64,000 nt of DNA from an uncultured Gemmatimonadales bacterium (GTDB lineage: Bacteria > Gemmatimonadota > Gemmatimonadetes > Gemmatimonadales > GWC2-71-9): NCBI GenBank assembly GCA_963821525.1, contig CAWGED010000010.1, positions 128,001 through 192,000 on the forward strand. Direction: 5' to 3'. The position numbers and the translations under genes were made by a program. Below the pieces are notes generated by a model. That model saw only the letters and a list, made by a program, of their open reading frames with translations. It made no database searches and was not told the origin of the DNA. Within the stretch, counting starts at the first letter, position 1; each line of letters starts with the position of its first letter. Shown one piece after another: positions 21,634-31,801 of the stretch.

Positions 21634-21789
21634 GGAGGTCCTCCCGAAGAGTCCGCGTGCGCACGCGAAGAGAGAACAGCAAAGTAAGGAAGGGACGGTC
21701 GGCTGGGAGATGCACCAAGGTGCAATAGTCCGGTCCGGCGGGGGCCTCTACTGTAGAGTCGGGCTCACCGCACCCCTTCCGACAGAGCC

Positions 21790-22093
21790 ATGCCAGCACA
21801 CCAGCTCCGGCCGTCTAGCAACGTGTTGCTTCCGAGCATCTTCGGCCTGGGGATCGGCTGGCTCGTCGGCGCTGTCGGTCTCTCCGGTCCTCGCTGTTGT
21901 CGTGGCCAGTCTCCTCGCCGCCGCGGCCTCGGTGCTCTCCGACATCCGGAAATCTGAAACCGGTCGTTCACTCAACATCGCCCGGTATTCGTGCTGATCC
22001 TGGGGATCGTGGCCGGCTCGGTTGTCGGCGTCCTGACCAGAGACGATGCGCCCTCCGGAGTCGTCAAAGAATCTCCCGTCACAATCAGGGATG
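21790..22093 (+). pseudogene. Frameshifted small membrane protein
   Basis: Hydrophobic pieces GLGIGWLVG / SVSPVLAVVVASLL / VLILGIVAGSVVG in three frames. Confidence 0.4.
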
Positions 22094-22564
22094 TCAGATC
22101 CACCTTCTCACTCTCCCCATGTACGCCACGTACGGCTCCCCAAACTTCCTCGCCAGATACTGTTCTTCCCGCTTGATGATGCCGTAGTGGGTGATGAGAA
22201 GGACAGGAATCAGGAACACCAGCGGCCAGACGGTGCCCACGGCGAAGGCGATACCGAGGCATAGGCCGGCGAGTGCGAGGTAGAGCGGGTTGCGGGTGAA
22301 GCGGTAGGGGCCGTCGCTCACGATGGCCAGCGTCGGCTCACGAGGATTCACATTAGTTCCGCCCCGTTTGAGAGTCCTTTCTCCCCAGATCCCCAGCGCC
22401 ACCGCGGCAGCTATCAGCCCGATCCCCACCATCCGCACCGGCCACGCGTGCGGCAGGTACCATGGTTTGAACCAGTGCAGGAGCAACGAGACGAGCAGGG
22501 TGCCGCTGTAGAGGAGCGGCGGGAAGACGAGGACGTTGGGGTGGTCGGTAGTGTTGGGAGACAT
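22094..22564 (-). CDS. Isoprenylcysteine carboxylmethyltransferase family
   Basis: GPYRFTRNPLY, REEQYL..FGEPY..VRRWI. Confidence 0.92.
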   Translation of the reverse strand: MSPNTTDHPNVLVFPPLLYSGTLLVSLLLHWFKPWYLPHAWPVRMVGIGLIAAAVALGIWGERTLKRGGTNVNPREPTLAIVSDGPYRFTRNPLYLALAGLCLGIAFAVGTVWPLVFLIPVLLITHYGIIKREEQYLARKFGEPYVAYMGRVRRWI

Positions 22565-22571
22565 TGGGGGC

Positions 22572-22708
22572 AATTTCAGATTGAAGATTTCAGATTGAAG
22601 ATTGATGGTTTGAGAGTGATGGATCGGGGATCAGCCGTCAGCCTCAAGCTGTTAGCTGTCAGCTGTTAGTCGCCGTTCAATCTGCGATCTGAAATCTGAC
22701 AATCTTCC
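22572..22708. repeat. Inverted heptamer tandem-repeat locus
   Basis: GATTTCA/GATTGAA arm, AGCTGTT arm, then CAATCTG/AAATCTG arm. Confidence 0.85.
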
Positions 22709-24409
22709 ATGACTCCTCCCTACCGGCCCCACCTCCGCCCTGAACGCCGCCACCCCGGCACGAATCGTCGGGAATATGCGCTCCGGTCCGATCTTGTCGG
22801 CCACGCCTGTAAGCTTCAGCATCGCCTCGAACCGACCCCTGGGCTTGGCAATGGCGAAGACAATTCCCTGCTCTTCCAGCTCGGCCCGAAGCTCCTCCAG
22901 CGTTTCTCCGCCGGTAATGTCGAGGGCGGGGGTGGATTCGGCACTGAACAGAAACCACCGAGGCTTGGGATTGGCCTGGCTTAACACGGTCCGGACCCGC
23001 TCCTTGAAATGATCGGCATTGAAGAACACAATCGAGGACTCGAAGCGAAACAACAGAAGGCCGGGAATCGGAGTGCCGCCATCCTCACCAATCTGCCCGT
23101 AGATTCCCGACTGCTCGTCGACTTCACCCAGAACGGCGTCGCGCGGTCTGGAGGCGAGCGCAATGAGCCGGAGTAGGGTCAAGGCCACGGCGATCAACAC
23201 CCCGTGCAGCACGCCGACGGTCATGACGCCCAGCATCGCCACGATCGACAGCCAGAACTCGGCGGGACTCACCCGCAGATACCAGCGGAGAGAGGCTATG
23301 TCGAAGAGTCCGATCGCCGAGGAGATCAGGATCGCGGCGAGCGCAGCCTTGGGCAGCAGGGCGAGGGGCCCGGTCAGCAACAACAGCACCAGCGCCATCG
23401 CCATGGCCGCGACAACCGAAGTAAGCTGCGTCTTGCCGCCCGAGGTATCGGCCACCGCAGTCCGCGAATCCGCTCCGCTCACCACGAATCCCCGGCTCAA
23501 CCCGGAGGCAAGGTCAGAGAAGCCGAGCGCGATCATGTCCTGGTTCGCGTCGATCGGGTAGTTGTTCTTGTTGGCGAACCCTCTCGCCGTGGTCATCATG
23601 CTGCAGAAACTCACCAGCACGATGCCCGCGGCACTCTCGACCAGAGGCAGGACCTCGCCGAGCTTGAGCCTGGGCAACGTGGGCATCGGGAACCCGGCGG
23701 GCACCTGACCAACCACCGCGACACCCTTGGCCTCGAGGCCCATCGCGTACACCAGCACAATGCCGAATACCACTCCGATCAGCGGCCCGGGAAGCTGGGG
23801 CCAGAAGTGCTTGAAGATGCGCAGGAGCACGAAGAGACCGAGTCCAACGGCGATCGTGAGGTGATGAGTGTCTCCCAGACGGGAAAAGGCTTCCACAATC
23901 GTGCGGAAGAACCCGCCTTTGGGAACCTGCACTCCCATCAAAGTTCCCAGCTGCCCCGCGATGATACTGAGGGCAATCCCGTTGAGATAACCCGTCAGGA
24001 TCGGCCGCGACAAGAAGTCCGCGATGACCCCCAGTCCAGCCAAACCTCCGGCGATACAGAGCAGGCCGGTAACGAACGTCAGGGTGACTGCCACATCCAC
24101 GTAACGGGAGGGGTCGCTTGCAACCAGCGGACCGACCGTCGCAGCAACGATGGCGCAGGCGGCCGCATCGGGATTCACCACCAGTTGTCGCGAAGTGCCA
24201 AACAGCGCGTAGGCCACGGCCGGGAGAATCGCAGAGTAGATACCCGCGACGGCGGGAAATCCGGCAAGCTCAGCGTAGGCGATGCCGATCGGAAGCGCTA
24301 CGGCGGCGAGCGAGATGCCTGCGAGCAAATCGCTCTGGAGCCACTCGCGACGGTAGGTGCGGGCGACCCGGAGTCCGGGCATCCAGCGTTCGAGGGTTGG
24401 GGAGGGCAA
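22652..24409 (-). CDS. SulP anion transporter with STAS domain (second paralog)
   Basis: GIAYAELAGFP, NQD, DSRT, FFNADHF; C-terminal tail encoded by repeat arms. Confidence 0.92.
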   Translation of the reverse strand: MPSPTLERWMPGLRVARTYRREWLQSDLLAGISLAAVALPIGIAYAELAGFPAVAGIYSAILPAVAYALFGTSRQLVVNPDAAACAIVAATVGPLVASDPSRYVDVAVTLTFVTGLLCIAGGLAGLGVIADFLSRPILTGYLNGIALSIIAGQLGTLMGVQVPKGGFFRTIVEAFSRLGDTHHLTIAVGLGLFVLLRIFKHFWPQLPGPLIGVVFGIVLVYAMGLEAKGVAVVGQVPAGFPMPTLPRLKLGEVLPLVESAAGIVLVSFCSMMTTARGFANKNNYPIDANQDMIALGFSDLASGLSRGFVVSGADSRTAVADTSGGKTQLTSVVAAMAMALVLLLLTGPLALLPKAALAAILISSAIGLFDIASLRWYLRVSPAEFWLSIVAMLGVMTVGVLHGVLIAVALTLLRLIALASRPRDAVLGEVDEQSGIYGQIGEDGGTPIPGLLLFRFESSIVFFNADHFKERVRTVLSQANPKPRWFLFSAESTPALDITGGETLEELRAELEEQGIVFAIAKPRGRFEAMLKLTGVADKIGPERIFPTIRAGVAAFRAEVGPVGRSHGRLSDFRSQIERRLTADS

Positions 24410-24412
24410 TGT

Positions 24413-24564
24413 GGATTTCAGATTGAAGATTTCAGATTGAAGATCGGGGGTGGAAGATGAATCAGGGTCAGCGGTTAGCCGTTAGCGGTTAGTCTAATAG
24501 CTAATAGCCAATGGCTAATAGCTGGTGCGGTCCAATCTGCAATCCGAAATCTTCAATGTGCAAT
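24413..24564. repeat. Nested inverted heptamer repeats
   Basis: Outer GATTTCA/GATTGAA...CAATCTG arms around inner GCGGTTA x3 / CTAATAG arms. Confidence 0.88.
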
Positions 24565-24567
24565 GAC

Positions 24568-26541
24568 CTAGCACCCATGAGCCGGACGAGGCATCGCTTT
24601 AAGAAGGAGCGATTGGAAGGCAGGATTCTTCGCCACTGGATCCAGCAATGGGTCGCAGCGAAGGTGGAGCTGAAAGTGCAGGTCTGCTCGCGGCTGGTAA
24701 TCGGTAAGGAGTCGTAACGCTTTCCTGGTATCGCCGAGACCGAGGTAGCTCTCGGCGAGGTAGGTGACCGTGTGGATCTTGAGCGGTTGGTAGGATTTCG
24801 AGAGTGAATCGGCCCGCGCCAGCAGCTCGCGCGCCTTTGCCGCCTGTCCCGCCCGGTCCACCGGCAGCGCACTTCCCGCCATGGCATTCACGACCTCGAC
24901 ACCGCTGCTCAACCGGACCGCCGCATCGAACGCCGCTACCGCCTTCCCGATATTCCCGCGGGAGAGCTCGGTCTGGGCGATGGAGGTGCGTCCCAGGTAG
25001 TAGCCGGGATCCACCCTCACCGCGCTGTCCCCGTAGACCGCCGCGCTGTCGTACTGGCGGCGCCAGTAGAAGGCAATTCCAAGGAAGGCGAGGCACTGGG
25101 TATTGGTCGGACTCAGGTCGAGGCAGCGATGCCACGCCGCGATGCCGCCGCTCGGGTCTCCGGTTTCCGTCAGGTACAGGCCGAGGTAGTGCCAGCTGTC
25201 CGGCTGGGTCGAGTCGAGGGCGATAGCGTGCCGGATGGAGCGGAGCGCGGGACCGTCGTCGGTGGGGTCGATCCGCTCGCTCAGGGTGGCCCGGACACGC
25301 CAGGCCGCCGCGCTGTTGGAATCGAGAGCCAGGGCGCGGTCTACCGCCCTGACCGCGGCATCGATGATGCTATCGGACGGAACTCCCGGGATGACGAATC
25401 CTCGCACATCGGCCCGGACATAGGTCTGCGCCAGTGCAGTCCACGCATCTCCATAGGACGAATCCCTGGCCAACACCGCACTGAAGATCTGCGCCGCCTC
25501 GGCGCTTCCTGTCTGGGTCCGCCGCTCGAAGGCCTGAATCCCACGACTGTAAAGCGCGACCAGCTCCGGGTCTCGCGCTTGACCCCTCGCCGATGCTCTC
25601 CGAAGAAACGGATAAACTCCAATCAGAAGCAGGACCAATAGTCCAAGCACGACCAGCCTTCTACGCGACGAAGGCTTCGCCTGGACTGAGGGAACGCTGG
25701 CGGCCGTTGTGTCACGCAGGGCCGCGCTGAATGCGGCGAGGTCGGCGAAACGATCCGCCGGCGCGCGCTCCAGAGCCTTTAGCACCGCGCGCTCGACTGA
25801 AAATGGCACGCCGGGTCGGACCGGATGAATGGCCCGGGCCGTCTCCGTCAATCGGCGAGCCACAATGGCCTGTGCGGTTCGGCCTCCGAAGGGAGGTTCG
25901 CCTACCAGCATCTCGTACAGCACGGTTGCGAGGCTATACTGATCGCTTCGGGCGTCCATCTTGTCGCCGCTGGCCTGCTCCGGACTCATGTAGGCCGGCG
26001 TCCCAATCGAGAGGCCCGTACTGGTCAGCCGTTCGGCATCGGTCTCCGCCACCGCTTTGGCGATGCCAAAGTCAACCACGTAGACCGAGCCGGCCGAGAG
26101 CAGCACGTTCTCCGGCTTGATATCCCGATGGACGATGCCGTGCCGGTGGGCCGCCTGGAGCGCTTGCGATATGAGGTCCGTGATGCGGAGGGCATCGTCG
26201 AGAGGAAGCTGCGGCTCTCTCATCAGCCTGGCCCGGAGCGATTCACCCTCGAGATAGGGCATGGCGTACCACGGCACCTCAGTTCCGTCGCCGCGGCGGA
26301 TCACCCCGGAATCAAGCATCGGGACGATGTTGGGATGTTGCAGCTGAGCTGTTACTCGAATTTCACGAAGGAACCGGTCCCCGCCGACCACCCCGGCCAG
26401 CTCCGCATGGAGCAGCTTGATGGCGACCAGGCGGTCATGCTGCCCATCTCGGGCGAGCCAGACCGTGCCCATCCCGCCTCGACCTAGCTTGCGCAGCAGC
26501 GCATAGCGGTCCGCGATGCTGCCGACCACCGGCTCGGGCAT
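24568..26541 (-). CDS. Ser/Thr protein kinase with TM helix and TPR C-terminus
   Basis: LGRGGMG, VAIK, HRDIKPEN, DFG, YMSPEQ. Confidence 0.93.
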   Translation of the reverse strand: MPEPVVGSIADRYALLRKLGRGGMGTVWLARDGQHDRLVAIKLLHAELAGVVGGDRFLREIRVTAQLQHPNIVPMLDSGVIRRGDGTEVPWYAMPYLEGESLRARLMREPQLPLDDALRITDLISQALQAAHRHGIVHRDIKPENVLLSAGSVYVVDFGIAKAVAETDAERLTSTGLSIGTPAYMSPEQASGDKMDARSDQYSLATVLYEMLVGEPPFGGRTAQAIVARRLTETARAIHPVRPGVPFSVERAVLKALERAPADRFADLAAFSAALRDTTAASVPSVQAKPSSRRRLVVLGLLVLLLIGVYPFLRRASARGQARDPELVALYSRGIQAFERRTQTGSAEAAQIFSAVLARDSSYGDAWTALAQTYVRADVRGFVIPGVPSDSIIDAAVRAVDRALALDSNSAAAWRVRATLSERIDPTDDGPALRSIRHAIALDSTQPDSWHYLGLYLTETGDPSGGIAAWHRCLDLSPTNTQCLAFLGIAFYWRRQYDSAAVYGDSAVRVDPGYYLGRTSIAQTELSRGNIGKAVAAFDAAVRLSSGVEVVNAMAGSALPVDRAGQAAKARELLARADSLSKSYQPLKIHTVTYLAESYLGLGDTRKALRLLTDYQPRADLHFQLHLRCDPLLDPVAKNPAFQSLLLKAMPRPAHGC

Positions 26542-26586
26542 GACCAGCTCCACGTTGGGGGTAAGGCGACGGAATATACGCTCGAC

Positions 26587-26973
26587 ATGACCCTCCGCAT
26601 CGTCCAACTCGGCAGCCCCCGGCAACGCGGTGAGGGGCTTCGCATCGGCACCGTGCGCCGCCCGCCCCGTGGCGTGCCCAAGAGCCGCTACAGCTCGGAT
26701 GACTGGTACGACGTCTGGCTTCCCGAGCTGGCGCCGAGCGCGGCGGCGGTGAAACGCGCCCTGGCTGCCGAGACGCCGGCCGAGTGGAAGGCGTTCGTGA
26801 AGCGCTATCGGAGGGAGATGAGCCAACCCGACAAGGTGCGGCTCCTCAAGCTGCTGGCCGCCTTATCACAGGACGCGAACTTGTCAGTGGGCTGTTACTG
26901 CGAGGATGAGTCGCGCTGCCATCGGTCGGTGCTGCGGGAGCTGTTGCAGGAGAATGGGGCCAGGCTGGGGTGA
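26587..26973 (+). CDS. DUF488 family protein
   Basis: RRPPRGV.K, WLPELAPS, C.C....CHR. Confidence 0.9.
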   Translation: MTLRIVQLGSPRQRGEGLRIGTVRRPPRGVPKSRYSSDDWYDVWLPELAPSAAAVKRALAAETPAEWKAFVKRYRREMSQPDKVRLLKLLAALSQDANLSVGCYCEDESRCHRSVLRELLQENGARLG

Positions 26974-27052
26974 AACACAAAGAGCACGAAGTTCCCTCCG
27001 TGCCCTCTGTGTCTCAATCTTCAATCTGAAATCTTCAAATCCTTCAATTTCC
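26974..27052. repeat. 9-mer inverted pair plus heptamer arm
   Basis: ACACAAAGAGCACGAAG / CCGTGCCCTCTGTGT, then AATCTTCAATCTGAAATCTTC. Confidence 0.8.
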
Positions 27053-27053
27053 T

Positions 27054-27465
27054 TCACCCTTCCCGAATCAGACTCCCGCTCGCCACATCGTAAATCCGAA
27101 CGTGCACAACAATGCCGGGCCGGGTCTGATCGACCACCTTCACATGGACAACCTTCTTGTCCTCGGTCGGACGGTAGACGATCCAACTGCCGGCCGGAGC
27201 AGAACGCTCGATGTTGGCGCAGCTGCGCGCCTTCGCCTGATGCCCGGGCGGCTCACCCGGCATCCAGACCCGACATTGCCCGGGCGGAGGCAAGTGCCCT
27301 GGAGGAATGCCGAGAGTCGCAGCCGTGCTCTTTCCCTGTTTCTGGGCAGGGGCAGGGGCAGGCGCGGGGGCCGGAGCCGGCTTGGACTTGGTGGTGTGAG
27401 ATCGAACTGCACGCCATGGCAGCGAGCAGTACTAGAGCGGGGGCGAGCACGCGGGTTGAGCGCAT
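27054..27465 (-). CDS. Pro-rich lipoprotein, frameshifted
   Basis: AMAC lipobox; PAPAPA linker; GIPPGHLPPPGQCRVW.PG.PPGHQ. Confidence 0.7.
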
Positions 27466-27715
27466 GGATCCTCCAGGCAAGGGACGCGGTCTGCCCTTGG
27501 GCGGCAGAAAGCATGCCCCAGCCCTAAGTTATTATCCCACACTGATCTATCGAATAATCCCGCAGAGCAGGAGACTATGCGAGGTGTCGTGTGCATTGTG
27601 GCTTGGCAGGCTGCGGGACCGTCTGATTAGAACCCATCGGAGGGTAAATTATTTGGCTGTCCGCTCGTTCAATGCCGTCTACAGCCTGGCGGCCGACGGT
27701 TAAGGCCTGTGGGTT

Positions 27716-28036
27716 CAACACGAAGAACACAAAGATCACAAAGGGCTTCGAGTACGCTCGATGTCACCTTGAGGCCCAATTGGCCTCCGTAACACTCAGC
27801 CCAATCTGACACCTGAAATCTGAGATCTGAAATCCCAGCAAGCCACAAAGGACACAAAGGTTTCCCCTCGTGTCCTTCGTGATGAAACAGCCGCCAGCCA
27901 CCAGTACCTCCACCAACACACATCTAACTGCTAACAGCTAAGAGCTAACAGCTACAACCCAAAGCTGATGCCCAACGGCTGATTGTCCCGTCTCTGCTGT
28001 TTACAATCGGCAATCTTCAATCGGCAATCTTCAATT
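27716..28036. repeat. Gene-less stack of 9-mer and 7-mer repeat arms
   Basis: CACGAAGAACACAAAG, AATCTGA, CACAAAGGA/TCCTTCGTG, CTAACAG, CAATCGG/CAATCTT. Confidence 0.8.
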
Positions 28037-28038
28037 CC

Positions 28039-28557
28039 CTACGCCACCTTCTCTACCGACAGCTTCGACTGCTTCGCCGCCTTGAGCGTCGCGCGAATCT
28101 TCTCGAGGTGATGGTAGCTGTGCCGGACCGCGTGATCCTCCAGGATGAACTGGGTAGTGAGCGGTGCATCGGCGTTGAGCGAAACCGCCGCCGCCTTGTC
28201 CAGCTGCTCGTCAGTGAGCTGACGGATCGCCTCGGCAGCCGCGGCACTTTGGATCTCCAGGAAATGCAGAGCCTCTTCCTTGGTGACCTTGTCGAAGTCC
28301 TTGGCGTGGCGGGCATTCACCTGATGCACATCGTCCCAGGTGACGCCGGCGATCGGGTCGCCTTTGGCGAGGGTCTGGGCGATCTGGATCTCCAGCGGAT
28401 ACATGTTGCCGACGTGATGCACCACCACGCCGATCTTGCGGCCGTCCTTGGGAATCGGCGTCTGCCACTCGGCCTCCGTGAGGGTGCGGGCGAGAGCGGC
28501 AAGGGCGCGGGCTCCTTCTTCAAGGCGAACGGCCAGCGCTTCGGTACGTTTACTCAT
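28039..28557 (-). CDS. DinB-like protein
   Basis: VVVHHV, EDHAVRHSYHH; GGAGG RBS. Confidence 0.8.
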   Translation of the reverse strand: MSKRTEALAVRLEEGARALAALARTLTEAEWQTPIPKDGRKIGVVVHHVGNMYPLEIQIAQTLAKGDPIAGVTWDDVHQVNARHAKDFDKVTKEEALHFLEIQSAAAAEAIRQLTDEQLDKAAAVSLNADAPLTTQFILEDHAVRHSYHHLEKIRATLKAAKQSKLSVEKVA

Positions 28558-28599
28558 GGTCCTACCTCCAAGTCGAGTGCGTGGTTGACAGCAATGTGA

Positions 28600-29460
28600 T
28601 CAGGCTACGGTGGCCTGAACGTCGAGATATTCTCCGACCACCGTCGTCCTGCCGTTGGTGGCCACGTTGTGTTCCGTGAAGTGCCGCGTGAGGTTCTCGC
28701 GAAGCCGGCTGGCGCCTTCGGGATCGGCGGCGCGCAGGGTCGCGACCGTGGGCCCGTAGCAGTTGGCGAACAGCTCGGTCACCGCGGCGGGCGGGAACGG
28801 GAAGCTGAGCTCCAGCGTCCGCTTGCTGCAGATCACCGAGCTCACCTTGTCGCCGAACCGGGCCCGGACCATCGCCTCCTTGCCCCACTCCAGCGAGCTC
28901 GGCACGCCCTGCGGGGGTGGCACGACCGCGGTATGCAAGCGGAGCATCTGCCCCACGAATCCCTCGAAGGTCCAGTTCGCCATTGCGACCCGGCCTCCTG
29001 GGCGAGTCACCCGAATCAGCTCCGCGGCGGCGCGCTCCGGACGGAAGGCGAACATCGCCCCGAACATCGTGACCGTGGTGTCGAACTGGCCCTGGAGATA
29101 GGGCAGCGACTCGGCATCGCCCACTTCGAAAGCGATGGCGACACCCGCGGCACGAGCCTCGAGCTGCGCCTCGGCGATCAGGTTGGGCGCGATATCAATC
29201 CCGCTGACTCGCGCTCCGGCCTTGGCGGCGGGGATGGCGAGGTTGCCGGTGCCACAGGCGACATCGAGGACGGTCTCGCCCGGACGAATCCCCAGCCTTG
29301 CGATGAACTCCTGAGCGCCGGGCTCGAAGCTCCGCGCGATCGGAAGGAAATCGCCCGAGGTCCAGACCGAACGGGCGCGGGCGGTGAGAGGATCTTCCGA
29401 CCAGGCCCGGACCTCGTTGCTGGTACGTGGACTGCGGGATGAAACACCTTCTGCCGACAT
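28600..29460 (-). CDS. Class I SAM-dependent methyltransferase
   Basis: VLDVACGTG, GDAESLP, FGAMF, RPGG. Confidence 0.92.
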   Translation of the reverse strand: MSAEGVSSRSPRTSNEVRAWSEDPLTARARSVWTSGDFLPIARSFEPGAQEFIARLGIRPGETVLDVACGTGNLAIPAAKAGARVSGIDIAPNLIAEAQLEARAAGVAIAFEVGDAESLPYLQGQFDTTVTMFGAMFAFRPERAAAELIRVTRPGGRVAMANWTFEGFVGQMLRLHTAVVPPPQGVPSSLEWGKEAMVRARFGDKVSSVICSKRTLELSFPFPPAAVTELFANCYGPTVATLRAADPEGASRLRENLTRHFTEHNVATNGRTTVVGEYLDVQATVA

Positions 29461-29617
29461 GCCACTCCTCCATCAATGGGTTCCGGCGCGACCTCGTGTC
29501 GCGCAGCGGGATCAAAGTGCTATGGAGGGGTGTTGCGGGAAATGACTGGAAGTCCCGATTTGCTGCTCAGGAGTGCTGACGGCGGTGTCAGACGGCGGAC
29601 TACACGTGGACCCTCGA

Positions 29618-30575
29618 CTAAGAAACCCCCGATCTTCTCGCCTCTCGCCACGCGCCCGGGGCCACGCCCGTCGCCTTCTTGAACGCACGGCTGAAGGCGG
29701 CCTCGGAGTCATATCCGACCTGCGCCGCGATGGCGGCCACCTTGGCGCCGCTCTGAGAGAGGAGATTGGCGGCAACCTGCATGCGCCATTGGGCGAGATA
29801 CTGCATCGGCGGCTGGCCAACCAGTTCGGTGAAGCGCTTCGCCACATTGGTGCGGGAAGAGGCTGCCTTGCGTGCCAACTCGTCGAGGGTCCAGGGATGA
29901 GCCGGCTGCGCGTGCAACAGGCCCAGGACACGGCCCACCACATCGTCGCGGAGACCCGCGAGCCACCCAGCCTGCCCTGACGGCTGCTCGCCGAGGTAGC
30001 GGCGCAGCACCTCGATGAACATCAACTCGGCAAGCCTGGTGAGCACGCTGTCGGCGCCGGCCCTCCGGAGCTGGGATTCTTCGGTGACCTGTCGCGTGAA
30101 GCTGCTGAGCCCAGGCGCCCGACATCCCGCGCATGTGCATGAGGCGTGGGAGACCGGCCAGCAGCGGATTGAAAGGGCGCCGGTCGCAGCCCAGAAACCC
30201 GCAAACAAATGCCGCGGCACGAGGGCCCCCGTTGCCGAGCATCACGGGCTCGAGATAGCGCGCGGTGCCGACGCTATGGACGTTCGGGCCGCTCTGCAGC
30301 CCGCGCGCGCTGGACATCATGTGGGCGTCCCCATGAGGAAAGACGATGATGTCGCCCTGGTTGAGCTCCACCTGGTCCTCCCCTACCAGTCCGCCGTAAC
30401 AGCGTCCTTCCGTGACGACGTGGTAGGAGATCAGATGCTCCGCCGTCGGCATGACCCGGGGCGTCAGTTCCTTGGCCGCCACCGTCTCGACGCTCCACGG
30501 CGCCACGGCCTCGACCGAATAGAAGAACGCGCCGTCCAGACGCACGACTCGGAGCAGGTCGGAGAGGGGATCCAT
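29618..30575 (-). CDS. AraC regulator with cupin N-domain; +1 frameshift near 30111
   Basis: MDPLSDLL..; WTLDELA, VGYDSEAAFSRAFK; extra G in TGGG. Confidence 0.85.
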
Positions 30576-30592
30576 GGAGCGGGAATGTATCG

Positions 30593-30702
30593 GGGAAAGG
30601 GGTAGTGGGGAGTAGGGAGTGGGGAGTAGGGGGAGGGAAGTGAGGGCAAGTACTCATCTGAATAGTTCTCCCCACCACCCACTCCCCACTCCCTACTCCC
30701 TA
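30593..30702. repeat. Inverted heptamer repeats (GGGAGTA/GGGAGTG family)
   Basis: GGGGAGTAGGGAGTGGGGAGTAG ... ACTCCCCACTCCCTACTCCC. Confidence 0.85.
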
Positions 30703-31113
30703 ACCATCCACGTCATCCAATACCGGCTTAATATCCACCACGGGCGTCCCGTCAATCGCCTCGATCGGCCCGATCCGCAGTCGCGTCCCGGAAATCTCCC
30801 GCACCGTTACTCGATGAAGCCCCAGCGGATTGGGCCGGTCGGGAGACCGGGTCGCGAAGACTCCGGCGATCGGAATCTCAGGATCACCCCGCGGGTGCAC
30901 CTGGAGCACCTCACGATCACCCCGGTGTAACCAGGTGATGATGATGATGTCGTCCCCTCGGGCGACGCCGCGAAGCGCCGGCTCAAAGGCTGGATCAACA
31001 TGGAGCCAGGCGTCGGGCGCACCCTCGTTCCCCTGTCTCGGCGCTTCCTCCTTCGAGTGGAGCGCCGACCGAATGTGGCCGATGAGTCGGAGGTGATCAG
31101 GAATGTCTTCCAT
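30700..31113 (-). CDS. TsaA/TrmO-like SAM-binding protein
   Basis: APRQG, GVFATRSPDRPNPLGL, DGTPVVDIKP. Confidence 0.9.
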   Translation of the reverse strand: MEDIPDHLRLIGHIRSALHSKEEAPRQGNEGAPDAWLHVDPAFEPALRGVARGDDIIIITWLHRGDREVLQVHPRGDPEIPIAGVFATRSPDRPNPLGLHRVTVREISGTRLRIGPIEAIDGTPVVDIKPVLDDVDG

Positions 31114-31117
31114 GGGG

Positions 31118-31222
31118 CAATTGCAAATTGAAAATTGGTAATTGGTAATTGGTAATTTCAGATTGAAGATTTCAGATTGAAGATTGACACTGCAAAAGCT
31201 AACAGCTAATAGCTAACAGCTT
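31118..31222. repeat. Heptamer tandem-repeat arms
   Basis: AATTGGT x3, ATTTCAGATTGAAG x2, GCTAACA/GCTAATA x3. Confidence 0.88.
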
Positions 31223-31237
31223 ATAGGCTTGCGGCCT

Positions 31238-31638
31238 ATGGCATACGGCTCTCCTCCAACCGCCACACCCCGCCATCGCGTACTCGACCCTTCAAGCCAC
31301 CTACTACATCCTCACAGGGCTCTGGCCCCTGGTTCACTTTTCCAGTTTCGAGCTGGTAACCGGCCCCAAGACCGATGACTGGCTGGTGCGGATGGTGGCG
31401 CTACTGGTCGTGTTGATCGGAGTTACACTGGCCGTGGCGGTCATGCGCAATGCCGTTTGACCTGGAGATCACAGTCCTCTCTGCCGGGGCCACCATCGCC
31501 TTCTCGGCCATCGACACCTGGTACGCCTTCAGCGGTCGCATCTCTCCGATCTATCTGGCAGACGCAGCCTTGGAGGTAGTTCTGCTGGCCGGCATGGCGC
31601 TGACCCGCCGGCCGTTCCGGGACGCCGAACGAGCCTGA
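31238..31638 (+). pseudogene. Small membrane protein, frameshifted
   Basis: TGLWPLVH..FELVTGPKTDDWLV joined to ISPIYLADAALE. Confidence 0.65.
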
Positions 31639-31801
31639 CGGGATGCCCTGTCTGCAACTCATAATTCGGGAGGCCCCTCAAGACGCCCAAGTCACTCGCG
31701 GAATGTTGCTACTGCGGTACCTTATCCCCGCTGGCGATCCGCCCAGGGCTGAACCGTGACCCTGCGGGAACATCGAGTCCCTTAGTCCTCAGGAGGGTAC
31801 C

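Noticed and set aside
23204..24460. Long antisense ORFs (also 8052-9143, 12060-13148, 47266-48273)
   Set aside because: Shadows of well-supported genes in high-GC DNA.
26542..26826. N-terminal extension of the kinase ORF
   Set aside because: Antisense shadow of the DUF488 gene; the kinase starts at 26541.
27520..27660. AT-rich dif/att-like site (CTAAGTTATTAT...ATAAT)
   Set aside because: No convincing XerC/XerD match or partner site; could be the promoter of the lipoprotein gene.
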